A stretch of 64,000 bases of DNA from Diadema antillarum (lineage: Eukaryota), in the NCBI RefSeq assembly GCF_040938485.1, contig NW_027271819.1, positions 496,001-560,000 on the forward strand, read 5' to 3'. Positions 11,885-23,844 of this stretch are shown piece by piece; the stretch's first letter is position 1, and the number at the start of each line of letters is the position of its first letter. Position numbers and translations under genes: made by a program. Below the pieces are notes generated by a model. The model did no database searches, was not told where the DNA came from, and saw only the letters and a program-made list of their open reading frames with translations.

Positions 11885-12289
11885 ATGAAGAGATTATCAG
11901 ATTAACCTGATATTACGCATGGTTTACTAAGACATTCTGTCCATAATCAATGTCAATTTTCTTAGCAGTAGCATTATCTCTTGAAAAGTGAGTTGAGCTA
12001 AAAATGAAGAGTATGCAAAGGACTTCAAGTAATGAATAGAGGCATGCCTGCTGAAAACACACTTTCCCATCCATGTTATAATTCCAAACATAAGAATTAC
12101 AATGAGGAAGGATGGGACTTTTCAAAATATGAAAAACCCAAGACTTGATCGGGCCACCCATTTCCCCTCCCCCTTTTTTTTTTAGTCCTCACATGAAATT
12201 ACGGGGTGCGACTTTTTGTTGGTTTTGTGATGCACGGTCACATATCATAATCAACTTGAATTGTATAATCAGGGGTTTGTATATGTATA

Positions 12290-12292
<3 letters not shown>

Positions 12293-12332
<40 letters not shown>
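12293..12332. repeat. (AT)20 microsatellite
   Basis: Direct inspection. Confidence 0.95.
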
Positions 12333-12334
<2 letters not shown>

Positions 12335-15300
12335 TTTAGATACGTCAAATAAGTTCAGGTATCAAGTATATCTCTTACAATAAACATTGACAAAGTCCCA
12401 ATATTCATTTGTGATGGAGTATTAATATTTGAATAACTTGATCTCCAAATTAATAGTAAAATACCGTTCTAAACAAATTAAAGTAAGTCCGTGATCACAT
12501 ACAGTTAGCTGAAAAATTTCAGTGATTAACCTCATTTCTTACATAATAAGGAATATTCTTGAAGTTTTGCTCGAATCATTCCAAATGCTAGTATTTTCTT
12601 TGATTTTTTTTTCTTTAATCGCAAATAGAAACCATGCATGAATGGTTGATTATTTGCTGTTTTATTTTAAGATAGAGCAACTTGTTTAACCCTGGTCCAG
12701 AAATATGGAAGCAGGGAAAGGTAGTATGGGGAGGGATTCAATACAAATTCAGCTAATAAATTTAAACCCATCACATCTAAACAAAAGCACTTCAAAGAAT
12801 CCTAACGAGGTTTGTTGTATAAATATTCATTCTCCAAAGCGTGTGTTTTGTTTCTGTTTTTTTTTTTGATACGGATGTATGTGTGTATTGCTTATTTATG
12901 TGCAAACCTTCTCTGTGATCTCGTTCTAGTCCACGTGAGTCTTGTATCATTCACGCTCTTTGGGGTGTTTAATCCCAAGAGAAGATTTTCTAAGCATGTA
13001 GTATAGGATTGGTCATTGTATTAAATAGAAGCCATAATTTGCATTCCCTACATGCACGGCACTGATGCTTATCCTTCAGAAACCTCTTTGGCACCTGTAT
13101 GGACAGCTTTCAGTAAAGTTTCGCACACCTTAATCCATGAAAATGTCATATCACTAAAGCTTGAAAGAATACTAGGATTAGGAGAAATGCGTTATCAACG
13201 TTATTGACATGTGGAAACAGAAAAAAATCCGTATCACTTTAACTTCCTCACATGTGAAGCTATGCCATAACTTCAAGGTCTTTTGACCTCTTCTAAGCTT
13301 CCACAAAGAACAGTCAGGGAGACTACCTATTTTGAGGGAAGATTGAAATCCCCCATAGAGGGAACATTGAACCGCGAGCGGATGTTACGTAACGGAGCGA
13401 CGCGATATGGTCAGAGCGAACCGATACAGATGTTCTTTTTCCAGTCGCTATGAGAATAATTCACCGAGAGGGAGAGAGAGAAACACATGTACACACACGC
13501 GAGCGTACACACACGGCCCGGAGGGTCATCCGCATCGAGTTGGAGGACGGATCGTTGTGTGTATAAATAGCTATTCTCTCTCCTCCATCGTTGTGTTGCT
13601 GCGTACCCGTGATCAGTGATGATGCTGATAAGCAAAATCCCCAATCACTTACCTTTCGCGACCCCCATGGCAGAAAACACAAAACAGCAAGTGAATTGAC
13701 CATGCATATCGACATTGTGTTGCTGGAAGGCGGAGCATGGTCGTGCAGACCTATGTTTTGATCGAAGTTAGAGCTCGAGAAAGAGACATGCAAGTTTGAA
13801 GAACAACAAAAACCTTCACAAGACAAGACTAATAGTGAGAGGTAATTATCATCTATTAACTCTATTTCAATTTCAACTATTTTAGTTAATATCATATATG
13901 TGATTGTGACGTATTGATCAAACATTTCTAATAGAGACAAAGTGAGGGTGGATGTCGCAATATAGTTCCCTGGTTCATTACCGTGATAGTGTATGTGTGA
14001 TGTTGCGATGATCTAGATGAGGTAGCCTTGTGGTTGCATGAGGCTTGTAACTTTTAACCCAGTGAGCATGATCGCAAGAGAGCAAGAAAGCATGAGGACA
14101 CTGATGGTCATGTAGCAAAAGAAAGAACCCCAGAGCTCCGGCGGTCCGCAGTTGACGTTCGACGGCTGTGCGAGAGCTCCAGCGTCATGCAACCTATTAG
14201 AACACATACGGTGGCGGTGCCTTCCGTCTCTTGCTCTTTTCATTCGGACATTCCACAGAAATACGGGCAAACCAGGAGTTTAGGGGACCGGACTATCTAA
14301 GTACAATACCAGTTCTCACCAACTCTTGATCATTTGACGAAAAAATAACTGAATTTTTGATAGAAATATCGGCAAAAACATGACAGGCTACCACAATTCC
14401 CATAGACGTTGAAGCTCAGCGGTTACAGCGCTCACGTACGCACGGTACGTGCGTGCACTGTGTTAACGCGATTTATGCATAGCGCATTGCAGACACACAC
14501 ACAGTCCGTCCATGTGTTTCGTTGAATAATCGCTGCAAAATAAGAACGCCTTGAAAGAAACTATGACACGGAGATTCAAAAAATACACTTTGGATTCGCG
14601 TTTTCATCCTTCAATTACAAATTTTCCTCACTATATGTGAATATTGATTTTTGGAGGAGATAAACTTTATTTATTCATCTTTCATTGGGTGAAATATCAA
14701 TATCAACATTAAATGAGGATTTTTAAGGTGAATTTTTTAAAGACATGCCTGTCAAAACGATGCAGTGATAGCCATTGACTTTGTACGCGTCGAGCTTCGG
14801 CCAGAGACTGCAGAAAGGTCACGAATAATTCATTAAGTCCAACTTTCCCGATTATTGGCGAATATTTCCATTCCCTAAAAATCGGCTGTCTCCCTGACTG
14901 AAGAAGGTATTCTGACGAGAGGCTCATAAAACATGTAAAATTTACACCGTACGTCGTAACGTCGGATTCTGATTTCGTCATTGCATATGCAATATCTTGG
15001 ACACCTGATAACGACAAACAGACCATTACAACATTTATAATATAAGATTGGTTAATCATTGAAAGGTTGAATTACACTGGCGGGACGCAGATAACATTTT
15101 AAACTCGAAATGAAGAATTATTTGCAAGAACCGATAAGTCCATATTTGCCAAATGGAGATATTTGCGATTAAAGGTCAAGAAAAATAAAGAGAATAATAA
15201 GAAAATTTTTGCTTCTTTTGACCATAACTTAAACAATATACCTTTATATGTAGTGACCAATATATCATTTAAAAGGTATTATTTTGTTCTTTATGACAGA

Positions 15301-15861
15301 GATCGGACTTCAAAATCTTCAAAAATGGACTAATCGGTTTTTGCAAACAAACCCTTCAAATGATCTCTAGGAGTAAACAATGCATCAATAAAACATAATC
15401 CCTTCGAACCGAGAAATGTTCGTAACTCTGTGCCATCGGACAGTTCTTAGTCATTGTGAGTACAAGTGATCTCATAATTCTCCTGCCTAGCAAAACGTTC
15501 TTGTAACTGTCAAATTTTTCATTCGTTTGGTCATCGTTTTCTGACTGAGCATATCAACTTATCCAAACAGTCGGTGACTTTCAGGTAACACGTTGGTTCG
15601 GAAACATTGTTAATCATGTTTTTGTTTAAAGATTAAAAACATCTAATTATATCTGTAGGTCGCCTTTTGTTACTATTTTCTATCGTCCTTTTTTATCACC
15701 ATAGGTCTATTGTCAGCTGTTTACGTTCCAAAAGGAAGACAATTATAACATGTTAGCACATTCCTAAGGATGTCAAACTCCATAACTGTATGGTAAAATG
15801 CTTTTTAAGATTCACCGCTCCTATCTCTAGCATATACAGAAATATGAAATGATAGTAACAT

Positions 15862-18257
15862 AAACTAGAGATTGTAATTTGTCATTACTGACAAATTAAG
15901 GTGATCCGATTTTTTTTTAATCATATGATTCGAGTCCTAATCGCAATAGGCATGACCATACAGGTTTCATCTGTGTTTAGAGACATTGGCCGCGTGATGT
16001 TTGGATTCTCATTTAGAAAAGGGAGTCATATCTGCCATCTTTGGTACCAAATTCTGTATACACTAGACAACGAAGATACAGCAACAAATACATATGACCT
16101 TTGGGTCACCTTTACACTCCCAAGATGGCATGTGAGGAAAAAGCGGTTATTTTTTGAAATGATTCTTGCGACATCGTCTGCAAAATATGGGAAAGATAGG
16201 ACAGGTATTCGCCAAGATACAGGATGAAACATTTATGACCTTTGACCCTAATTTACATATCCAAGATGGTGTCCGATCAAGTAGTTGTTATTTTATGTAA
16301 TAATGTACGTGACATGAACTAAACATGTGCAAAATATGGGGGTGATAGAGGTTGTTTTATTTGAGTTATTGCAAAGAAAGTTGAAGAAAGAAAAATATCT
16401 CGATATTATACATCGAAGATAAGCTTTAATTTCAGCCGAAATTTTTACCGTAATCATGACATCGCATGTAAAAACGGAGGACACTTACACGATAGCGCAA
16501 AGTCTCAGCTACAGCGTATTAAAATCTGGGAGAAATTCACCGAAGGGTAAGTGAGATAGTGCTCGATAAAGACAATCATGTCAATTTTCATATCTAGAAC
16601 ATTTCCCTCCCATAGAGATAACACGTCATAACGAAGATACAGAAAAAAGTAGATATGACCTTTGACCTCACTTTGCACAGACAAGATGGCATCTGAGCAA
16701 AAAGTGATTATTTTGTGAAATGATTCTTGTAACATGGTCTTTGTGTGTGCAAAATATTGGAAAGATAGGACATGAATTCACCAAGATACAGGATAAAACA
16801 TATATGACCTTTGAGCCTAATTTACATACCTAAGATGGTGTCCGATCAAGTAGTTGTTATCTTATGAAATAATGTACGTGACATGAACTAAGCATGTGCA
16901 AAATATTGGGCTGATAGGGCTTGTTTTTCTTGAGTTATTGCAAAGAAAGTTGCAAAAAGAAAGGAATATGAAAATACATCAAAGATAAGCTTTAGTTTCA
17001 ACCAAGTTTTTTGACGTGATCCCGACACCGTATGAAAAAATGAAGGGCACATTCACGATAGCCCAAAGTCTCAGCTACAACATATACAAATTGGGGAGAA
17101 ATTCACTAAAGCATAAATGAGCTAGAGCTCGAAGAACATAGTCACGTCAATTTTCATTTCAAGAAAAACTGCACTCCCATAGCGATAACACGTAAACTGG
17201 TCAAATTTGACAAGATTACTTTCAATCAATTTTTACGAGGTGATGCCGTCATCCAATCAAATGTTGTTAGCACATTAATGAAAGACCATTTAATAAGCTA
17301 CAACATACTGAAATCTGCGTGAAAATTGGCAAAGGATAAGTGAGATACGCTCGAGTGAACTTGAAATTTGATGACGTCATTTTGAAAATTTACTTGTTTT
17401 ATTTTATTAAGAAATTCGATATCTTTTCATCATTTTTCCAGCATCGCCAACCCATGAAAGAACATGTTCAACTCATCAGCTTTCAGAATATGTAAAGAAA
17501 ATTGGCGGGGGGGGGGGGGGGGGGGGGGTGTCACCGTCCATCCTGACGAGTAAAATCGGATTTAAAATTGGTGGGTTTTTTTGGCATTGTTGCACTTTAT
17601 ATCGCCATTGACGCTCGCATGGAATTTCAACTTTGACGGACCCGTATGACGTCATGTTGTGTCGGATTGACTTGAAACTTGATAGAAATATTCTTTGACA
17701 TTTCAGACATCCGATAAGTGTAAAAAATGGGAAATTTCTTTTGCATAAGAGCTGTGCGTGCGTATATGTGTGCGCACGTACGCGTCCGTCCAATTTTTTT
17801 TCATTTTTTCAAAAAATGCTTCAAATCGTCGTGTGAGACGTGTGCAAAAAAAAATTGAGCTCGATTGGAGCATACAAATATTTCAACGCGCGCGTACGCG
17901 CACGTTTTAAGGGTATAAATACATTTTGAGACCATGCGTAGAACCAGCTTGACTTGAAATATATGTGACGTAAATTTCATCGAAAAATTCCATTCCGTTA
18001 ATGAGATATGAATGAGAATGTGTTTTCATATAATGACGTCATAGTGACGTCACGGTCGACTAATCACTATGATTGTATTTCGATTGTCGTCTTCGGGACA
18101 CGATACATTATTATACAGTGTAATTTTGAAATTGATAGGCAGAGGACTTTCTGAGCTAACCTCTACACAACTTTTGAGGAGAAAGAAGAAAAAGAAGAAG
18201 AACAAAGAATCAGTACAGATACAGAAGGTGATCCGAAGGATACTCGGATCACCTAAC
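15862..18257 (-). mobile_element. Helentron-associated (HINE/DINE-1-like) element, copy B, apparently complete
   Basis: Subterminal inverted repeats AGGTGATCCGA (15899-15909) / TCGGATCACCT (18244-18254). A third copy (18226-18236) forms a 5' hairpin. 3' stem-loop TAATTTGTCA-TTAC-TGACAAATTA (15875-15898), terminus CTCTAGTTT on the minus strand, 569-bp internal tandem units (16269, 16838), no ORF. Confidence 0.7.
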
Positions 18258-18339
18258 AAAATGAATTATGACAATTGATTTAAGCAGTACTTAACCTGTC
18301 CTATACTCCTACAGTATTACCTACTAAGTGTGAGTGCTG

Positions 18340-19175
18340 AGTTACAGCATGTGATACTTCATGTGGTATTTCTGTGGTATTCCTGTGATATTCCTGTGGT
18401 AATACTGCGGTAATCTTGTGGTAAATATTTTGCATAGCTCATGAATATTCATAAAAAGCGACCTAAATTTTAGAAAATTCATAAAATACTTCTAAATTCG
18501 AAGTATTTGTGATGAGATTTCCTTTCAACTATTGTCTAATAATGTTGTGTTATACCCAATATCATAATTTTATTATGAAAAGATAATTTCACATTCAATA
18601 ACAGTGTTATCTAATCAGTAACCATGCCTTCATGCATTAAAAATATTGATACACCTGATGACTATGTGGTAAGTGATGTGCCTAATGACTATGTGGTGAC
18701 TATCACAATGTACTGTGGTGGACTATGTGGTGACTGCCACAGTGTGGTAGACTATGTGGTGCATACATAGTGAGGTGGACTATGTAGTAAATACCATAGT
18801 GTGGTGGACAATGTGGTGACTATCACAGTGTAATGAACTATGTGTTTATAACCCTATGGTCACAGTGTGTGAGACTGTGGTTTGATTCACAGTGTATTTA
18901 ATATGTGTTTTGGACCATGTGGTAACGGTATGTTGCACAGTGTGGTGATATGACGCTGTGTTTCACACTGTGGTAAATACACAGCGTTACCACACGTCCC
19001 AAAATCACATATATTAAACACGTGTGTTCGACACTGTGTTATACACTGTGCTCCACACTGTGTTCGACACTGTGTGCCACACTGTGTGGCACACTGTGTT
19101 ACATACTGTGTGCCACACTGTGTGGCACACTGTGTTACATACTGTAGTAAAACTGTGTTCTTTCCATAAGGGTAG
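18340..19175. repeat. Degenerate CTATGTGGTG / ACACTGTG minisatellite, ending like the 28232-28539 MITE
   Basis: 12-bp period ACACTGTGNNNN at about 19030-19145. Ends in CTGTGTTCTTTCC...AGGGT. Confidence 0.6.
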
Positions 19176-19592
19176 GCTTTTATTTGTGACCAGAATTAAT
19201 GTTTGGCTTAGGGCGTAGATATTTCATACTGGCGCAAATGAATGAATCGTTCCTATGCTCTACGAAACTGTCATAACTTCTATGTGACAATCGAAAAGCA
19301 CAAATTATTGGTTATAAAGCAGGTATAATCAATCTGCCAATACGGCAGGATTGCATCGCACTCTGGCACAGGCTTTTTGGAAATGGCAAAGCTCTTTCCC
19401 GTCTGCTCAATGACGTATTACCAGTAGGCACTAGTGCCAATTTTAGGTGTCGTAAATTCCACATACAATTTTGTAGGTGCCGTGCGCAGAGCAGCGATTT
19501 ACATGCATGATGGGATAGCTCAGGGAACAAACTTGCCCCGATTTATGTTGCATATGCACTCAGGTCACGTTCTGTCTTCATCCAAGGGTATT

Positions 19593-19636
<44 letters not shown>

Positions 19637-19637
19637 G
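19593..19637. repeat. (TTG)15 microsatellite
   Basis: Direct inspection. Explains the poly-Leu in spurious ORF 19434-19664. Confidence 0.95.
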
Positions 19638-20396
19638 AAGGTTTCTTCACTTTCAATCATGTGACCAGCACACTGAAGCCTTGCAGGTAGTAAACCATGA
19701 CTCTAGTGACCGCAAAATCAATAAAATTTAGAAACTTTCAAATCCCTTGAAAACTCAATTACAGCCATGAAAAAAGGAGTAACAACGGAAAAGCAGACAA
19801 ATAACTCCATTTAATCAGATGGGAAGTTCGGAACTGTGATGCGCGCAAGACAATCGGAAGCGACACTGGCAACGAGTAATCCCTCGGTGCATCGGTGACA
19901 GGGCTCTTCAGCTTGTGCAGAAGTTTTCTGCGCATTGGTGATACCGAGAATTTAGACAAATGAATTTTGACAATGTTAAATTGGAAGAGATGAATGGATG
20001 TTACACTGGCTTAGAGTTTGTGTGGGAGTGTCAGGAGCAGATGGTGGTGTCAAGCTTACCCTCGTGGATTGGTAGACTGGAGGGTATCAAGATTGAAATG
20101 ACGCTAATTGTCAAGAGCAGTTGTATCCTATATTACCATCGATTCATTGTACAATGACTTCATGTATGAACGTGTGAAGTCAGAGTATAGAGGCATGCTA
20201 TGCGTCCAGGATATTCTTGATTACCTTTCTGTTTTTCTCTGCGGTACGTGTAGGCCTAGTCTATGTCTATTTTAAATGCACGGAGCCATTGACACCTAAT
20301 GCGTCTTCTGGCGAATACGTTCCTCAGTCATTTTTTTTTTTCAGTTGGTTCGGAAAAAGGAGGTAAATTCTTATATAACGGGGTTTAGAGTAATTA

Positions 20397-21644
20397 GTTG
20401 TAGAAGAAGTTTCTTCAATTCGATTTTTAGGTTTGATCCTTGATAATAAGCTCACCTGGAATTTGCATATTGATTCAATTTGCCGTACAATTTCTAGAAA
20501 TATCGGCGTAATCAATAAAGTTAAATTTTATTTCCCCCAAAATGCTTTATTAATGTTATATTCATCTTTAATCTTACCCTATCTGAACTACGGCATTCTC
20601 GCCTGGGTTAACACTAATTCTTACTCCTCATATCTAGAAAGAATATTATTATTGCAGAAAAAAGCTCTTCGTATTATTTGTAGAGAATCGTGGAGATGTC
20701 ATACTAATGACTTGTTTTATCAAAATAATATTTTAAAAATCAAGGATTTGTATTGTTTGAATTTAGGTCAGTTTATGTACAAATTGATAAATCATTCCCT
20801 TCCTTTTGCGTTTGACTCCATGTTTATTCAAAATAAAACTGTACATTCATACCCCACTAGACAAACCGATGAATTCAATTATAACTGTCTAGGACGATTT
20901 TTGCAAAGTCTATATTCTCCTTCGCTGGACCTAAATTTTGGAATTCAATTGACAGCAGCATTAAAGAATCTTTAAGTTTGAACACTTTTACTTTGAAATT
21001 AAAGAAAATGTTCATCAATTCTTATATCACTGGGGATTTGCATTTCAAAAGTTGCTAACTGATTTCTTTGCTGTTAATGTTTTTACGTCGTTTAATTTAT
21101 TTCATAACTGTTAATATATATTACTTATAGATAGTCCACTTCTTGGTAAGACCAAAGTCTCATGTGCCCTGGCATTGACCCTTGAACTCTTCCTCCTTTG
21201 CCCTTTTCTCTCTCTTCCTCTGTCTTCCTGTCCCCCTCTGGCCTTTGACCTCCTATTTATTCTTTCCACGCGTACGTAAGAGAGCAGTTTTGTTTTTGTC
21301 TGTGTTAGCGTTTTGTGTGCGTACTCGTTTTATGTTCTGTTTCCCGAGGACTATGTCAAATTGTCTTGTTGCATTATTACTATAATTTTCACGACTCACG
21401 AGGGGACCGCATTCTACAAGCTTGGCTTTTTAGCAGTCCCCTCCATTTCCGACCTTTTCTTTCTTATGATTCAGTCACATTTTGCCCATGTATTTCTTCA
21501 ACTAGTATGTTTATTGATTCATGTAAACAAATGACGCGTATCTAAATTTCATTTGGAAATGTAATAGTTACATTGTACTTAATTTGTTTATATGAAATTG
21601 TCATATTATATGCTTTGGCCGGAAATGAAATAAAAGTCAAATGA
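20397..21644 (+). mobile_element. 5'-truncated CR1/L2-clade LINE (ORF2 C-terminus plus 3' UTR)
   Basis: RFLGLILDNKLTWNLHI...LYSSLILPYLNYGILAW...LQKKALRII is the typical post-RT region of CR1/L2 ORF2. AATAAA near the end, candidate TSD AATTAG (20391-20396 / 21645-21650), and absent from the paralogous site upstream of copy 1. Confidence 0.85.
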
Positions 21645-21947
21645 AATTAGATAAAAAGTTAACTCATCTTTCTATCTTGATTAAACTTTGCGAAGCGGAT
21701 AGATTGGTTGATGAAGAGTACTGGGAGACCCATCTTCTACCAGTTTCTTGTACATCTTGTGTATTCCGTTTTAACAGATAGTGTGTAAATCTTCGTGAAA
21801 CGCCGAGGGATATCAACAGTGCCACCACTACCTAATGTAGGACCTATATACTTACTCGAGCTTGACAACGAATCACGAAAAGCCGTCTTTGCAGCAAGGT
21901 CCGACTGATAAACTACAATTAAAAGGACCGAGTAACTTTCCAGCAAA

Positions 21948-21950
21948 ATG
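21948..21950 (+). CDS. NAT: NAT copy 2 start-codon exon
   Basis: CAGCAAAATG|GTGAGC. Phase-0 intron 21951-22902. Confidence 0.65.
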
Positions 21951-22902
21951 GTGAGCAAAACCTTTCTACAGATTAGTTAGATAATTTAGAAAAAATGACT
22001 ATTCTTCTCTTCAACATAAATTGTTGATCTATTCAAAAGGGTGGCAGACTTTGAACTTTTTGAACTTTTTTTGAACTTTTCGAATGAGAAATCCAGAGTA
22101 AAGTACGTGAATAAAGACCTGTAATGGTCTCCAATATCTTTCAAATCACCAGCAACTTGGTGTGGTAGTGGAAAAAATGTACAAAGGTCGGCATTTTATG
22201 GAGAAAGTCTTCATTTTCTTCCCTTCCGTTTTTATATGGTAGTTTCTGTTCTACTTAAAATCTACCCTTATGACACTCCACTTTCACCTTCATCCCTTAG
22301 ACTTTGACCCTATGGCTTGCGACTTTCTCCATATAATCACTATATGCTAATTCAATACAAGGAAATTCCATAGAGAGAAATTCTCATGACGTTACTTTGC
22401 GAGCCAAGTTTAAAATATGGAAAAACATAACGAATATGCATTATTAAAGTGCTCCCACTTCCCACTATCAACTCCTTTCCAATAAACACATGCCCCAAGC
22501 TTGCGAATTTCCTGATTTCAATATTAGTCAACTGTAAACGCTCATAATCCACAAGTCAAATCCTGCATTGTTCAAGAACCAGCCTTAGTTAAGCAGTTTA
22601 AACAGTCTTAATTGGTCCTTTTTGATTATTTCTTTTTACTCCCTTTCATTGAATCTTATAGCTCGCCTGTAATTGTGTACAATTATCATCACTGCCATGA
22701 AAACTATAATGAACTACTTCATCTGAAACACGACGTGCGGGCTGGAGAAAAAAAAAAATTTCGGTAATAACTCTTGTCATGTTCATAAAACAAACTTACA
22801 GGTAACACTGTTCTTTTGACAAAGGTTCCTTAGATGAGAGGATCTATACGTTAAGATAGCAATGTACTATATCAACGATATTCACAAAATTATATGTTAC
22901 AG

Positions 22903-23844
22903 GGAGGGCCAAGTGAAACAGGCGAGGACGTGATAATTGAAACTTTGATGACGTCAGAAGAAGGTTTTCGATTTGTACGCGATGTTCTAGGTGTGGCGTC
23001 ACCTGAAGACAAGATTGCCTCTGACCCAAAAGGACTCCTAAACGATATTGTGTGTCACTGGCGTCAAGTTATCCCATACCAGACAATTCATAGTGTAGCC
23101 ACGCCCAACAAAGACAGGCGCCGCCCAACACTCTTGGAGATCAAGAACGATATGTGGGCAAAATATGGCGGTCGCTGCTACCACAATAATGTAGGATGTT
23201 ACATGGTGATAAAAGCTCTTGGTTACCAGGCAACCCTCGTGTCAGCTGATGTCCTTGAGACAAAAGGCTCTCACGTGGTCATCATGGTCTTCAACCTATC
23301 CGGAGAAGGCAGCAAGCACATGTTGGATGTAGGAACATGGGGCTTTCCGACATTTCAGCTGATCCCGCTGGATTTTGAGAGAGAATCTCCCGAGTACCAC
23401 GAGTCCTTCTTGATTTACAAGTTTGTGAGACAAAGTGACGTCATCTTACGCCTCCACAACGTGGAAAGCGACCCAGCGGGAGGGCCTTGGTTCAAGAACT
23501 CCTTGAAGGACGGCTGGTACACTTATATCGAGGTCCATGATAAAGTGCCTGTAACATTCTCTCACTTCAATGACGTAATGACGATGCTATATACCGAGAT
23601 ATCGGAGAAGAACCCACTTCTCACTAAGCTCTGGTGTATGGCCTTTCCAAACCGGCGATTCCTTGCGATCAAGAACACAACTCTCTTGGTGGAAAATGAA
23701 GAAGGCCTGGTAGAGAAATCATACTTCCGGTCACGTGAAGAGATGATCGCCACTTTTTCTCTCTTCTTTCCTCAGTTTGCTGAAGCCACGTTGACTGCTG
23801 CTATGGATGACGAGAACATCAAACTGGACTTCAACCGGAAGTAG
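22903..23844 (+). CDS. NAT: Arylamine N-acetyltransferase copy 2, main coding exon (about 314 aa with the exon-1 Met)
   Basis: Intact ORF with triad Cys 23176-23178, His 23272-23274 and Asp 23326-23328. Acceptor TGTTACAG at 22902. The track ATG at 22894 is probably intronic. Confidence 0.9.
   Translation, partial: GGPSETGEDVIIETLMTSEEGFRFVRDVLGVASPEDKIASDPKGLLNDIVCHWRQVIPYQTIHSVATPNKDRRRPTLLEIKNDMWAKYGGRCYHNNVGCYMVIKALGYQATLVSADVLETKGSHVVIMVFNLSGEGSKHMLDVGTWGFPTFQLIPLDFERESPEYHESFLIYKFVRQSDVILRLHNVESDPAGGPWFKNSLKDGWYTYIEVHDKVPVTFSHFNDVMTMLYTEISEKNPLLTKLWCMAFPNRRFLAIKNTTLLVENEEGLVEKSYFRSREEMIATFSLFFPQFAEATLTAAMDDENIKLDFNRK

Noticed and set aside
19024-19218. Repetitive ORF (HTV repeats) and poly-Leu ORF 19434-19664
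   Set aside because: These are translations of a 12-bp minisatellite and of (TTG)n.
22894-22902. ATG giving a 316-aa single-exon copy 2
   Set aside because: It lies within the acceptor region, and copy 1 has ATC at the same place. The conserved upstream ATG exon explains the frame better.
23800-23844. Invariant C-terminus DFNRK as an organelle-targeting signal
   Set aside because: It does not fit PTS1, KDEL or CaaX patterns. Its constancy may reflect structure or gene conversion.
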